This document shows positions 54,504-64,000 of a stretch of DNA of 64,000 bases, one piece after another. A model generated the notes under the pieces. The model was not told the origin of the DNA and did no database searches. It was given only the letters and a program-made list of their open reading frames with translations. The DNA is from Porticoccaceae bacterium. Lineage in GTDB: Bacteria > Pseudomonadota > Gammaproteobacteria > Pseudomonadales > Porticoccaceae. Numbering within the stretch: position 1 is the stretch's first letter; each line of letters opens with the position of its first letter. The translations under genes were made by a program, and so were the position numbers. Where the stretch lies: the NCBI GenBank assembly GCA_012960115.1, contig DUBX01000030.1, positions 30,338-94,337 of the forward strand, given 5' to 3'.

Positions 54504-54660
54504 TGATGAAATCTCCCAACGTCATTTTTCTACTGCACTAACTTAGGGCCTTACTTGGGGGTGACAAAAAGTGAGCGTTGGATCACAGTACGCGCTGCTA
54601 ACTAAAACCACTGTTAGTTTTTGTTAAAGGTGCGATGTTCGCCGTCTAGATGGGAGAAAT

Positions 54661-54678
54661 GCCGAGCGAGAACTCGGC
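54661..54678 (-). terminator. Hairpin downstream of the ABM gene, possible end of the hut transcript
   Basis: GCCGAG-N6-CTCGGC; weak U-tract. Confidence 0.45.
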
Positions 54679-54687
54679 AAAGATAAT

Positions 54688-54972
54688 CTAACCAATGACT
54701 TCCATGCGCGTGATCTCTGGTGCACCAGCCATCAACCCACCGAACTCTGCGCCTGCCGCTTTGAAATGAGCAGACTCACCGTGTGCTGTGATAGCAGCTT
54801 GGTCCTCGTATAATTCCATAACGACATAATTGCCATCAGCTTTTTTACATAACTTGTAAAGATGATTTCCTGGCTCATTCTCATTTACTTGAGCTGCGAG
54901 ATTCAGCATAGCGGTCTCAAACTCTTCTTCACATCCGGCTTTAACATTCAACTTAGCGATAACTGCAATCAT
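54688..54972 (-). CDS. Antibiotic biosynthesis monooxygenase (ABM)-family protein
   Basis: IAKLNVKAG, EPGNHLY, ELYEDQAAITAHGESAHF. Confidence 0.85.
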   Translation of the reverse strand: MIAVIAKLNVKAGCEEEFETAMLNLAAQVNENEPGNHLYKLCKKADGNYVVMELYEDQAAITAHGESAHFKAAGAEFGGLMAGAPEITRMEVIG

Positions 54973-55026
54973 TTTATTGTCCTTAAAATTAAAATGCCAA
55001 TCATACTTAAAAAAGCATTTAACAGG

Positions 55027-56196
55027 CTAGTGTTTCGGTAGATTTTTTTGTAAAAACAGCACCATATTTTCCCCCATAACCTGCCGAATCTGTTGTTCCG
55101 TCACGCCAGACTCGAGCAGTTCATGGGTGATAGCGACAAGGTCTGAAACATCAAACCCTGGGGTGATTGAACCATCAAAATCGGACCCTAGGGCGACATG
55201 GCCTGCGCCGACTAGTTGGATACCATAGGTAATGGCTGCGGCGACAGCCTTGGGCGTATTGTCACACACCGCCCCATCCCAGAAGCCAATAGCGATCAGG
55301 CCTCCCTGCTCGGCAATGTCTTGCATCAGAGCATCACTAATATTGCGGGGTGACTGACAGTGACCCTGAAACCCTGTATGGCTGACCAATAAAGGTTGAT
55401 CAGATAGTGCAAGGGTATCTCTAACCACGCGCTCAGAAGAGTGGGAAACATCAATCATAATATCAAGCGCAAGCATTTTCATAACGGCCTGCCGGCCAAA
55501 TTCGGTCAAGCCCAAACCGCTGACGCCGTGGAGTGAACCCCCCAGCTTGTTGTCAAAGAAATGCTGCAGGCTCATCATGCGAAAGCCTTTGTCATGCAGC
55601 CTCTGAATATTGTCCAAATGCCCATCTAGGGCGTGAGAGCCTTCGGTCCCTAACAACCCGCCAATAAGACTTGGATTTAATGCACGTCGCTGTAGAAAAC
55701 TATCAAGGTTAGTTTGTGATTGAATCAACATAAAATTATCGCTGTCTCGATGCGCTAAATCGTGGATTTTTTCGGCCTGAAAAATCGCCCGCTCGGTTAA
55801 GCTATCCCACGTTTTGATCGGCCAACCCTGCATGACCACAAGAGCGGTAATATTGTCGCGGGCGCTGGTTTGGTTGCTGTCATAATTTTGATCCGTAGGT
55901 GACTTGGTTACTGTTGTAAACATTTGCAAGGCCATATTGCCCTGCTGCATGCGTGGAATATCAACATGCCCATAATCATATTGTTTAGATAGATCTCGAT
56001 CCCATAAAGCGCTGTCGGCATGCCAGTCACCAATCAACAAACTTGCGTGGAGTATTTTTGCTTGTTCAGACACAACATAATTTGTGTGTGGCGAGACTTT
56101 GTTCATGTCTCGTTCAATATAAGCGGGGCCTAAACTAAAGACGACAACCACTAGAGCAACAAGTAAAACAAAAATAAAAAGGGGCGTTTTTTTCAT
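55027..56196 (-). CDS. Membrane-anchored M19-family dipeptidase
   Basis: DWHAD, TEGSH, IDVSH, SHTG, ALGSDFDG; N-terminal TM helix. Confidence 0.87.
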   Translation of the reverse strand: MKKTPLFIFVLLVALVVVVFSLGPAYIERDMNKVSPHTNYVVSEQAKILHASLLIGDWHADSALWDRDLSKQYDYGHVDIPRMQQGNMALQMFTTVTKSPTDQNYDSNQTSARDNITALVVMQGWPIKTWDSLTERAIFQAEKIHDLAHRDSDNFMLIQSQTNLDSFLQRRALNPSLIGGLLGTEGSHALDGHLDNIQRLHDKGFRMMSLQHFFDNKLGGSLHGVSGLGLTEFGRQAVMKMLALDIMIDVSHSSERVVRDTLALSDQPLLVSHTGFQGHCQSPRNISDALMQDIAEQGGLIAIGFWDGAVCDNTPKAVAAAITYGIQLVGAGHVALGSDFDGSITPGFDVSDLVAITHELLESGVTEQQIRQVMGENMVLFLQKNLPKH

Positions 56197-56214
56197 TATC
56201 TTTTCCGTTTTTAA

Positions 56215-57000
56215 TCAAATTTTAGTGCGGCTTAACGCCAAGATCATTGTTTGAAGAAACTCCCCAAGCTTGGCCGCCTTAGTCTCATCATAACCATTAT
56301 CGCTGTGCTCTTCCATGTATGTGCTCTGGGCAATCTCCATTTGCACGGCATGAATATCCCCCTGTGGTTGACCATAATGGCGCGTTATATAACCGCCTTT
56401 AAACCGGCTGTCACGCACCGCTGAAAACTGACTCTGTTGCATCATTTTGAACAGGTCGTTCCCTAGATCTGGTCGACAAGATAGGCTCTCAGCCGTCCCC
56501 AGGTTTAGGTCAGGTAATGTGCCCGTAAAAAAGCGCGGGACAACACTGGCAATACTATGGGCGTCCCACAGTAAAGCGTAACCATGAATGGCTTTAATGC
56601 GCTCAAGCTGATCTGCAATCGCCTTATGATAAGGCTGCCAATAGGCCTGAATGCGATGGTCTATCTGGGCCTTATTTGGCGACTTTCCCTGCAGGTAAAT
56701 AGCATGCTCACTAAAGGTCGTCGTTGGACATACTTCCGTTTCACTCTGCCCTGGATACAGAGCAGAGCCCTGACTAAAACGATTTACATCAACGACGTAG
56801 CGAGAATAATTTGCGGTAATAGTAGACACCGGCATGTCAGCCAAAAAATCGTACAAACGAGGCACATGCCAATCGGTGTCAGGCAAGGGCAATGCCGCCT
56901 GAGTAAGGGTTTCTTTTATAGCCTGCGGCACAAAAGTACCTGAATGAGGAAAGCTCACTAATAGCGGCCCAGTGTTCTCGACAAGAGAAACAATGTCCAT
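56215..57000 (-). CDS. hutG: N-formylglutamate deformylase
   Basis: PHSGT, DTDWHV, SRYVVDVNR, WDAHSI, RFKGGYITRHYG, HAVQMEI. Confidence 0.93.
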   Translation of the reverse strand: MDIVSLVENTGPLLVSFPHSGTFVPQAIKETLTQAALPLPDTDWHVPRLYDFLADMPVSTITANYSRYVVDVNRFSQGSALYPGQSETEVCPTTTFSEHAIYLQGKSPNKAQIDHRIQAYWQPYHKAIADQLERIKAIHGYALLWDAHSIASVVPRFFTGTLPDLNLGTAESLSCRPDLGNDLFKMMQQSQFSAVRDSRFKGGYITRHYGQPQGDIHAVQMEIAQSTYMEEHSDNGYDETKAAKLGEFLQTMILALSRTKI

Positions 57001-57002
57001 AT

Positions 57003-58550
57003 TTAACTTGCTCCAGAAGGCAATATGTCGGCGACCAAGGTATAAAAATAAGCCTCACTGATTAACGCTCTAGCGGCGGTAATATCTGGCGCAAAAAACC
57101 GATCTTCGGTGTACCTAGGAACCCGCTGACGTGTCTGGTCAACTACATTTTGTAAGGCTGGCGACGTAACATGAGGTTGATGAAACTCAACGGCCTGCAC
57201 CGCACTTAGTAGCTCGACAGCAACCACATAGTCAGTGTTTTCTGTCATATCACATAGCCTGCGTGCCGCAAACGTTGCCATACTCACATGATCTTCTTGG
57301 TTGGCTGATGTGGGAATACTATCAACGCTGGCGGGATGGGCCAGGGTTTTGTTTTCAGACACTAGAGCCGCGGCGGTTACCTGAGCAATCATAAAGCCTG
57401 AATTAAGCCCACTGTTTTCGACTAAAAAAGCAGGCAAGCCACCATTCATATGCGGGTCAACCAGAAGAGAAATGCGTCGCTCTGAGATCGACCCAATTTC
57501 TGCAATCGCTAAAGCTAGGGTGTCAGCCGCAAAAGCTACGGGTTCGGCATGAAAATTACCCCCAGACAATGCTTCTAGGGTGTCGGCGAACACCAATGGA
57601 TTATCTGTCACTGCGTTAGCTTCAATTTGTAGTGTTTTGGCGGCATTATTGATGATATCTAAACAGGCGCCCATAACTTGAGGCTGACAACGCAGTGAAT
57701 AGGGATCTTGCACCTTTCCGCAATCGACATGAGATTCTAAAATGTCACTACCCTGTAAAAAATGCAGGTACTTTTGGGCAACTATTTTCTGTCCTGGCTG
57801 ACCCCGTAACCTGTGTATCCGGGCATCAAAAGGTACGGTGCTACCCTTCATAGCATCAACCGACAAAGCACCAGTCACCAAGGCGGCGGCAAATACGTTC
57901 TCGGCTTCAAATAAACCTGCCAAAGCCAATGCGGTTGACGTTTGCGTGCCATTAAGTAACGCCAAGCCTTCTTTTGGCCCCAACTCGACAGCGGTTAATC
58001 CACATTCACTAAGGGCCTTTTCTGTCTCCATTAATTGGCCTTTGTAGTGAACCTCGCCAACGCCAATCAAGGCCGCCGCTAAGTGCGCTAAAGGGGCTAG
58101 ATCGCCAGAGGCACCGACAGAACCTTTGCTTGGAATGCAGGGCATAATGTCATGGTGGTATAGATCTATCAGTAGCTGAACCACTTCAGGACGCACCCCC
58201 GAATAACCATGGGATAGACTCACAATTTTTAACGCAATAATAAGCCTAACAATTGGCGAGCTGATCAACTTACCCACACCTGTGCAGTGGGATAGAACCA
58301 AGTTGCGCTGCAACAAGGCAAGCTGGTCGTCAGCAATGCGTGTTTGGGCTAACAAACCAAAGCCGGTGTTAATGCCATAGGCGGCATCGCCTTTTGCGAC
58401 AATATCTGCCACTGCCTTGCAGCTCACATCAATATTTGCCCAGGCGCCATGCTTCAAATTGAATGGCGCGTGGCGGGTATAAATATCCCTTAACTCACCC
58501 AGACTGACCTCACCCGGCGCAAGATTGATGGGTATACTTTTCTGTGTCAT
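57003..58550 (-). CDS. hutH: Histidine ammonia-lyase
   Basis: YGINTGFG, GSVGASGDLAPLAH (MIO), QDPYSLRCQPQ, GGNFHAEP, QEDHVSM. Confidence 0.97.
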   Translation of the reverse strand: MTQKSIPINLAPGEVSLGELRDIYTRHAPFNLKHGAWANIDVSCKAVADIVAKGDAAYGINTGFGLLAQTRIADDQLALLQRNLVLSHCTGVGKLISSPIVRLIIALKIVSLSHGYSGVRPEVVQLLIDLYHHDIMPCIPSKGSVGASGDLAPLAHLAAALIGVGEVHYKGQLMETEKALSECGLTAVELGPKEGLALLNGTQTSTALALAGLFEAENVFAAALVTGALSVDAMKGSTVPFDARIHRLRGQPGQKIVAQKYLHFLQGSDILESHVDCGKVQDPYSLRCQPQVMGACLDIINNAAKTLQIEANAVTDNPLVFADTLEALSGGNFHAEPVAFAADTLALAIAEIGSISERRISLLVDPHMNGGLPAFLVENSGLNSGFMIAQVTAAALVSENKTLAHPASVDSIPTSANQEDHVSMATFAARRLCDMTENTDYVVAVELLSAVQAVEFHQPHVTSPALQNVVDQTRQRVPRYTEDRFFAPDITAARALISEAYFYTLVADILPSGAS

Positions 58551-58573
58551 TGATCAACTTCCTGTTAACTATG

Positions 58574-60262
58574 TTAGTCGGCAACGCCGGTGCGAAGCAT
58601 GGGTATATTGAGCCCTTTCTCGACGGCGCAAGCAGCAGCATCTTCATAACCAGCGTCAGCATGACGGGCAACACCCGTGGCAGGGTCGTTCCACAGAACA
58701 CGCTCAAGCCTGCGTTCCGCCTCTGGTGTGCCGTCGGCAACAATAACGACACCTGCGTGCTGTGAATAACCCATGCCAACGCCGCCGCCATGATGAATAG
58801 ACACCCAGGTGGCTCCACTGGCAGTATTTAATAGCGCATTGAGTAAGGGCCAGTCAGAGACAGCATCTGAACCATCTTTCATGGCTTCGGTTTCTCTATT
58901 TGGGCTTGCAACTGACCCTGAATCGAGGTGGTCACGACCTATTACTATGGGAGCTTTAAGCTCACCACTGGCCACCATTTGATTAAAGGCCATGGCTAAA
59001 CGATGACGCTGTCCTAAGCCCACCCAACAGATGCGCGCAGGTAAGCCCTGAAAGCTAATACGCTCGCGCGCCATGTCTAACCAGTTATGTAGATGTTTAT
59101 CATCTGGAATAAGCTCTTTAACCTTGGCATCTGTTTTGTAAATATCTTCAGGATCACCACTTAAGGCAACCCAACGGAATGGGCCAACACCTCGACAAAA
59201 TAAAGGTCGAATATAAGCCGGTACAAAGCCGGGAAAATCAAAGGCATTTTTCACCCCGGCATTAAGTGCTTCTTGACGAATATTGTTGCCATAATCAAAG
59301 GTTGGAATCCCCATTTCGTGAAAATCTAACAAGGCTTGTACGTGAATGGCCATAGACTTTCGTGCCTGTTCTGTAACCAGGGCTTGGTCGCTTATTTGTA
59401 GCTTTTTCCACTCTTCAGGTGACCAACCAACCGGCAGATAACCGTGAATAGGGTCGTGGGCAGACGTTTGGTCGGTGACCGCATCGGGCCGAATACCTCG
59501 AGCAACCATTTCTGGCAGAATTTCTGCGGCGTTCCCCAGCAGACCTACGGACAATACTTCTCCCTGACCAATCGCGGCGTTAATGATGTCCATTGCCTCA
59601 TCTAAGCTATAGGCTTTCTTGTCCACGTAGCCGGTGCGTAGCCGAAAATCGATATGAGCCTCTTGGCACTCGATCGTTAAACTGCAGGCACCCGCTAAGG
59701 TCGCGGCTAACGGTTGAGCGCCACCCATTCCACCAAGGCCAGCGGTTAAAATCCAGCGACCGGATAAATCGCCATTGTAATGTTGACGTCCCATCTCAAC
59801 AAAAGTCTCATAAGTGCCCTGCACAATCCCCTGACTACCAATGTATATCCAAGAACCCGCTGTCATCTGCCCATACATGGCTAGACCTTTACGGTCGAGT
59901 TCGTTGAAATGCTCCCAATTGGCCCAGTGGGGGACTAAATTAGAATTAGCGATTAATACTCGGGGGGCCTCGCTGTGTGTTTTAGCCACCATGACCGGCT
60001 TGCCGCTTTGGACTAGCAAGGTTTCATCCTCATTAAGGTTACGCAAACACTCCACGATCTTATCGAAACTTTCCCAATCTCGAGCTGCCTTGCCAATGCC
60101 ACCATAGACGACGAGGTCTTCAGGCCGCTCTGCGACGTCTGGATGCAAATTATTCATGAGCATCCTTAGAGGCGCTTCTGTGGTCCAATGTTTAGCGGTC
60201 ATCTCTGTTCCTGTGGGCGCTTTTACCACCCGTGGTCCAGCCCCTGAATCTGTTTTAGCCAT
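58574..60262 (-). CDS. hutU: Urocanate hydratase
   Basis: [48 protein letters not shown]. Confidence 0.98.
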   Translation of the reverse strand: MAKTDSGAGPRVVKAPTGTEMTAKHWTTEAPLRMLMNNLHPDVAERPEDLVVYGGIGKAARDWESFDKIVECLRNLNEDETLLVQSGKPVMVAKTHSEAPRVLIANSNLVPHWANWEHFNELDRKGLAMYGQMTAGSWIYIGSQGIVQGTYETFVEMGRQHYNGDLSGRWILTAGLGGMGGAQPLAATLAGACSLTIECQEAHIDFRLRTGYVDKKAYSLDEAMDIINAAIGQGEVLSVGLLGNAAEILPEMVARGIRPDAVTDQTSAHDPIHGYLPVGWSPEEWKKLQISDQALVTEQARKSMAIHVQALLDFHEMGIPTFDYGNNIRQEALNAGVKNAFDFPGFVPAYIRPLFCRGVGPFRWVALSGDPEDIYKTDAKVKELIPDDKHLHNWLDMARERISFQGLPARICWVGLGQRHRLAMAFNQMVASGELKAPIVIGRDHLDSGSVASPNRETEAMKDGSDAVSDWPLLNALLNTASGATWVSIHHGGGVGMGYSQHAGVVIVADGTPEAERRLERVLWNDPATGVARHADAGYEDAAACAVEKGLNIPMLRTGVAD

Positions 60263-60312
60263 CTTTAAACCTCTATTAATTAAAAGCAGTGCGCAACAGC
60301 ACCTGTATAATG

Positions 60313-60324
60313 TTGTCTATACAA
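60313..60324. promoter_or_regulatory. HutC operator between divergent hutU and hutI
   Basis: TTGTCTATACAA matches the HutC box (TGTA-N2-TACA / CTTGTATAGACAAG); lies just after TATAAT at 60306. Confidence 0.82.
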
Positions 60325-60391
60325 GTAAAGATATTCTATACTGCGGTCAGGCGCAACATTTTTTAGCAATTAAAACGACACGAGTTTACTC

Positions 60392-61624
60392 ATGAAGAAT
60401 CACGATAGCTTATGGATCAACGCTACCCTGACAGTGGTAACACAAAAAGGCATGCCCGAAACAATCAGTCCAGCTGCGATTGCCTGTAAAGATGGGTTGA
60501 TCAGCTACCTATCCCTAATGAGTGATCTCCCGCAAAGCCCAGATGAAATGGCTACTCAAGTCATCGATGTGGCCGGTGCATGCATTACACCTGGCCTAAT
60601 AGATTGTCACACCCACCTAATCTTTGGCGGCAACCGTGCTGAAGAGTTTAATTTGCGCTTGCAGGGACACTCTTATGAACAGATAGCTAAACAGGGTGGC
60701 GGAATTATGGGCACGGTCAGTCAAACACGTGAGGCAACAGAGCAGGTGCTGGAAGACTCTGCTCGCACCCGGCTTGATCAACTGTTAGCCGATGGGGTAA
60801 CCACGGTAGAAATAAAATCAGGCTATGGCCTTACCACTGCTGATGAAAAGAAAATGTTACGAGTTGCTAGGCGACTGGGTGAATCATCTGCACTGCGTGT
60901 CACCACAACCTTTTTAGGGGCTCACTCCTTGCCGCCAGAGTACCGTGACCGGCGCTCTGACTACATTGGCCTCGTCTGTAATGAAATGCTGCCCAGTTTG
61001 CACGCTGAGGGCCTTATTGACGCCGTCGACGCCTTTTGCGAGGGCATAGCGTTTAGCGCTGATGAGGTTGATGCTGTCTTTGCCGCCGCAACCGCATTAG
61101 GTTTGCCGGTTAAATTACATGCCGAACAATTATCCAACTGTGGTGGTGCAGAACTGGCTGCAAAATATAGCGCCTTGTCGGCAGATCATTTGGAATATCT
61201 CGACGAGGCCGGCGCCATCGCAATGGCTAATAGTGGCACTGTGGCCGTACTATTACCGGGCGCTTTTTATATGCTTAGAGAAACTCAAAAACCACCGCTA
61301 TCACTGTTGCGTGAACATAAAGTACCCATCGCCATCGCCACCGATGCAAACCCAGGCAGTTCTCCAGCGCTGTCGGCTCGCCTAATGATGGTCATGGCAT
61401 GTCAGGACTTTGGCCTAACACCACAAGAAGCGATCCATGGCATGACCATTAATGCCGCTAAGGCCTTGGGATTGAACAGTGATATTGGCTCACTTCAGAT
61501 AGGTAAAACGTCTGATTTAGCCATCTGGAACGTTAAGCAGCCCTCAGAATTAGCCTATTGGTTAGGGGGTAATTTAGTGCAGTCAGTCATTAAAGCGGGT
61601 CAGTCTATTTACCCGATGGGCTAA
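60392..61624 (+). CDS. hutI: Imidazolonepropionase
   Basis: PGLIDCHTH, EIKSGYG, DAFCE, HAEQL, SADHLE, ATDANPG. Confidence 0.96.
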   Translation: MKNHDSLWINATLTVVTQKGMPETISPAAIACKDGLISYLSLMSDLPQSPDEMATQVIDVAGACITPGLIDCHTHLIFGGNRAEEFNLRLQGHSYEQIAKQGGGIMGTVSQTREATEQVLEDSARTRLDQLLADGVTTVEIKSGYGLTTADEKKMLRVARRLGESSALRVTTTFLGAHSLPPEYRDRRSDYIGLVCNEMLPSLHAEGLIDAVDAFCEGIAFSADEVDAVFAAATALGLPVKLHAEQLSNCGGAELAAKYSALSADHLEYLDEAGAIAMANSGTVAVLLPGAFYMLRETQKPPLSLLREHKVPIAIATDANPGSSPALSARLMMVMACQDFGLTPQEAIHGMTINAAKALGLNSDIGSLQIGKTSDLAIWNVKQPSELAYWLGGNLVQSVIKAGQSIYPMG

Positions 61625-61628
61625 CTTA

Positions 61629-62357
61629 TCAATTGTCTTTGTTGATGGTCTCAGTCAGAGAAAATGACTGAGCTGAGTGGTACAGGTGGGCCACGGAAAT
61701 AAGATTCCCCGACGACCAAGTGCGTCGATCCAAGATCAAGCAGGGCACATTGTCATCCATTTGTAATAACTTTTTAATGGTCTTACTCGGCATGGCGGCT
61801 CGCACTGTGTGCTCAACCTTGTGCAGGGGTACATTGGCTAACAAATAGGCCGCTGGCGTGGTCTGTTTAAGATCAATTTGAATATACTCAGGCACCGCCT
61901 GAGCATTAACATAGCGATCCTCCACCTGGAGCATCTTGCTATCTTCCTGGTGCACAATAGTCGTGTGATAAACAGACTTGATGCTGTTGGATAATTCCAT
62001 TGCCGCGGCAATAACACTGGTTAAAGGAACAGACTCATGGGTGACAACAATATTGCTGTAACTGTGCCCACGTTCACGAACTTCCTCGGCAATATTACGC
62101 ACCTCAACCAAATGACCCTTGGTTTGGGCTTCAGCCACAAAGGTGCCAACACCGGCAACCCGAACAAGGAGACCTTCGGCGGCCAACTCCTTGAGCGCTC
62201 TATTAGCTGTCATTCGTGACACTTTTAGCGCTGCTACCAGCTCGTTCTCAGAGGGTACTCGACTGTTTGGCAATAAATCGCCCCGCTCTATTTTCTTCAA
62301 AATGTGATCTTTCACTTTCTGATAGAGAGGCGCAATTGAATTGTCAGTATTAATCAT
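61629..62357 (-). CDS. hutC: Histidine utilisation repressor (GntR/UTRA)
   Basis: PSENEL, VSRMTANRAL, GVGTFV, QVEDRYVN, RRTWS. Confidence 0.94.
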   Translation of the reverse strand: MINTDNSIAPLYQKVKDHILKKIERGDLLPNSRVPSENELVAALKVSRMTANRALKELAAEGLLVRVAGVGTFVAEAQTKGHLVEVRNIAEEVRERGHSYSNIVVTHESVPLTSVIAAAMELSNSIKSVYHTTIVHQEDSKMLQVEDRYVNAQAVPEYIQIDLKQTTPAAYLLANVPLHKVEHTVRAAMPSKTIKKLLQMDDNVPCLILDRRTWSSGNLISVAHLYHSAQSFSLTETINKDN

Positions 62358-62386
62358 TGGTCATCGCCCAAACAAAAAATAGGTTT

Positions 62387-62400
62387 CCTGTATATACAGG
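62387..62400. promoter_or_regulatory. HutC operator between divergent hutC and hutF
   Basis: Perfect 14-bp palindrome CCTGTATATACAGG. Confidence 0.88.
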
Positions 62401-62459
62401 TATCCGCTATATTATAGGGGCACACAACCAACAAGCAATATTAAGGTCAGACATAACCT

Positions 62460-63839
62460 ATGCCACAACAGACTTATTTTATTAAGAAAGCATTTTTAGG
62501 CCAAGGCTGGGCGAAAAATGTACGGCTGAGCGTGGACGACAAGGGCCTCATAGTAAGCCTACAAACTAATGCCTCTGCTGAACAAGACGACCATAGACTT
62601 GGCTTGGTTATTCCCGGACTTGTGAACTGTCACAGCCATGCCTTTCAGCGCGCCATGGCCGGTCTCACCGAGTATCAAGTATCGCCTACAGACACATTTT
62701 GGTCATGGCGCAAGACTATGTATCGCTTTGCCAATTTGGTTTCACCTGACGATCTCCAAGACATTGCCAGCTATCTCTATTTGGAGATGATCAAACAGGG
62801 TTACACCAGTGTTGCTGAGTTTCACTACCTCCATCATCAGCCCAATGGAACGCCCTATTCATCGGTGAGCCAACTCTCGCAGTCGATTATTAATGCAGCC
62901 AATATCGCCGGTATTAATTTAACCTTGTTGCCCGTACTGTACATGAACGCGGGCTTTGGTGATCAAGCGCTGTTAGACGATCAAAAACGTTTCGGTAATT
63001 CGGTCGACAGCTATTTGGCACTCCATGACGAAGCAACTCGATATTGCTCTGACCAGAGCCAACACAACGTTGGTATGGCTTTGCATAGCCTTCGCGCAGT
63101 CCCAGCTAAATCTATGACTGAAGTGGTTAGCCATTTTAAGGACAGGGTTCATTCATGCCCCATCCACATTCATATTGCTGAGCAAACACAGGAAGTAGAA
63201 CAGTCGATTAAGGCCCTTGGCAAGCGACCCGTGGAATGGTTATTAGACAACCATGATATCGACAAGCAGTGGTGCCTGATCCATGCCACCCATATGACAC
63301 CGAGAGAAACCGCCGAAGTCGCTAAATCTGGTGCGGCAGTCGGCATCTGCCCAACGACAGAGGCCAATCTTGGTGATGGCTTCTTTCCACTGAGACAGTA
63401 TCTTGATGCTGGCGGCCAGATAGCGATTGGGTCTGATGGCAACACTTGCACAAATCCGATGGAGGAGCTGCGCTGGCTAGAATACGGCCAACGACTGCTC
63501 AGCCGCACCCGCAATATCGCCTCTGATGACAGAGAACGACATACGGGAACCAATCTTTACAGCCACTGCCTAGAAGGCGGAGCTCGCTCTATTGGACAGA
63601 AAACCGGTGCGCTGAAACTAGGGGGCCGAGCTGATCTTATTGTTTTGAACGATAATTCAGCAGATCTTGCCAATATTGCCGCAGACTCTATTTTAGATGT
63701 ACTTATTTTCGGTGCAAGCCAGTCTTTAATCAAAGACGTGATGGTCAATGGCACTTGGAAAATCACCAATTATCATCACGCTGATGAAGAACGTATCAGA
63801 AACACGTTTATTTCAGCCACCAACGCGCTGAGAGACTAA
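62460..63839 (+). CDS. hutF: Formiminoglutamate deiminase
   Basis: NCHSHAFQRAMAG, AEFHYLHH, HSLRAV, HIHIAEQ, CPTTEANLGDG, GSD. Confidence 0.96.
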   Translation: MPQQTYFIKKAFLGQGWAKNVRLSVDDKGLIVSLQTNASAEQDDHRLGLVIPGLVNCHSHAFQRAMAGLTEYQVSPTDTFWSWRKTMYRFANLVSPDDLQDIASYLYLEMIKQGYTSVAEFHYLHHQPNGTPYSSVSQLSQSIINAANIAGINLTLLPVLYMNAGFGDQALLDDQKRFGNSVDSYLALHDEATRYCSDQSQHNVGMALHSLRAVPAKSMTEVVSHFKDRVHSCPIHIHIAEQTQEVEQSIKALGKRPVEWLLDNHDIDKQWCLIHATHMTPRETAEVAKSGAAVGICPTTEANLGDGFFPLRQYLDAGGQIAIGSDGNTCTNPMEELRWLEYGQRLLSRTRNIASDDRERHTGTNLYSHCLEGGARSIGQKTGALKLGGRADLIVLNDNSADLANIAADSILDVLIFGASQSLIKDVMVNGTWKITNYHHADEERIRNTFISATNALRD

Positions 63840-63929
63840 AGTAGTACGAAATCCTTATTCTGAGCGCCCAGCGCATTGATGGTAGGAGCTTAGGGCCAAC
63901 ACCTAAACGCCCTAGTATTTGTTAGCTGA

Positions 63930-64000
63930 TCAATTAATATGAAAATTATATTTTTTGGTCACGCCATGCGTTTCAACCGGCAATCCATTTTCAGTACTTG
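63930..64000 (-). CDS. C-terminal end of a gene entering from the right edge, possibly an energy-transducer TonB C-terminal domain
   Basis: ...STENGLPVETHGVTKKYNFHIN* resembles TonB_C endings (ENGxPVEV.GV....F); only 22 codons visible. Confidence 0.3.
   Translation of the reverse strand, partial: STENGLPVETHGVTKKYNFHIN

Overview
A mostly housekeeping 64-kb stretch of a moderately AT-rich gammaproteobacterial chromosome. Gene order is Pseudomonas/Cellvibrionales-like and spacing is compact; a marine SAR92/Porticoccaceae-type host is an inference, not shown. In order it holds: a gabD fragment, DUF2459, a CrtR-like desaturase and a class III aminotransferase; hslVU-DUF971-ubiEJB-hisIE-tatABC; a TPP-riboswitch-controlled thiamine uptake operon (TonB receptor, YkoF-like, PnuT, kinase, overlapping msrB); two tandem DUF885 metallopeptidase-like genes; an orphan XRE regulator; acs; a complete HexR-controlled Entner-Doudoroff cluster with visible operators; ispH-fkpB-lspA-ileS-ribF-murJ, rpsT, proB-obgE-rpmA-rplU, pgeF-rluD, bamD, nadE; a broken type IV minor-pilin relic; and a five-step histidine utilisation cluster with two HutC boxes and an appended M19 dipeptidase. 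No tRNA, rRNA, CRISPR array or mobile element was seen. The most unusual signals are a BamD with a C-terminal YjbE/GfcA-like Gly/Thr-rich tail, the structured RNA between bamD and nadE, the mosaic fimT/fimU/pilX pseudogene, and a frameshifted small ORF converging on the XRE gene. All assignments come from motif recognition by eye; no searches were run.
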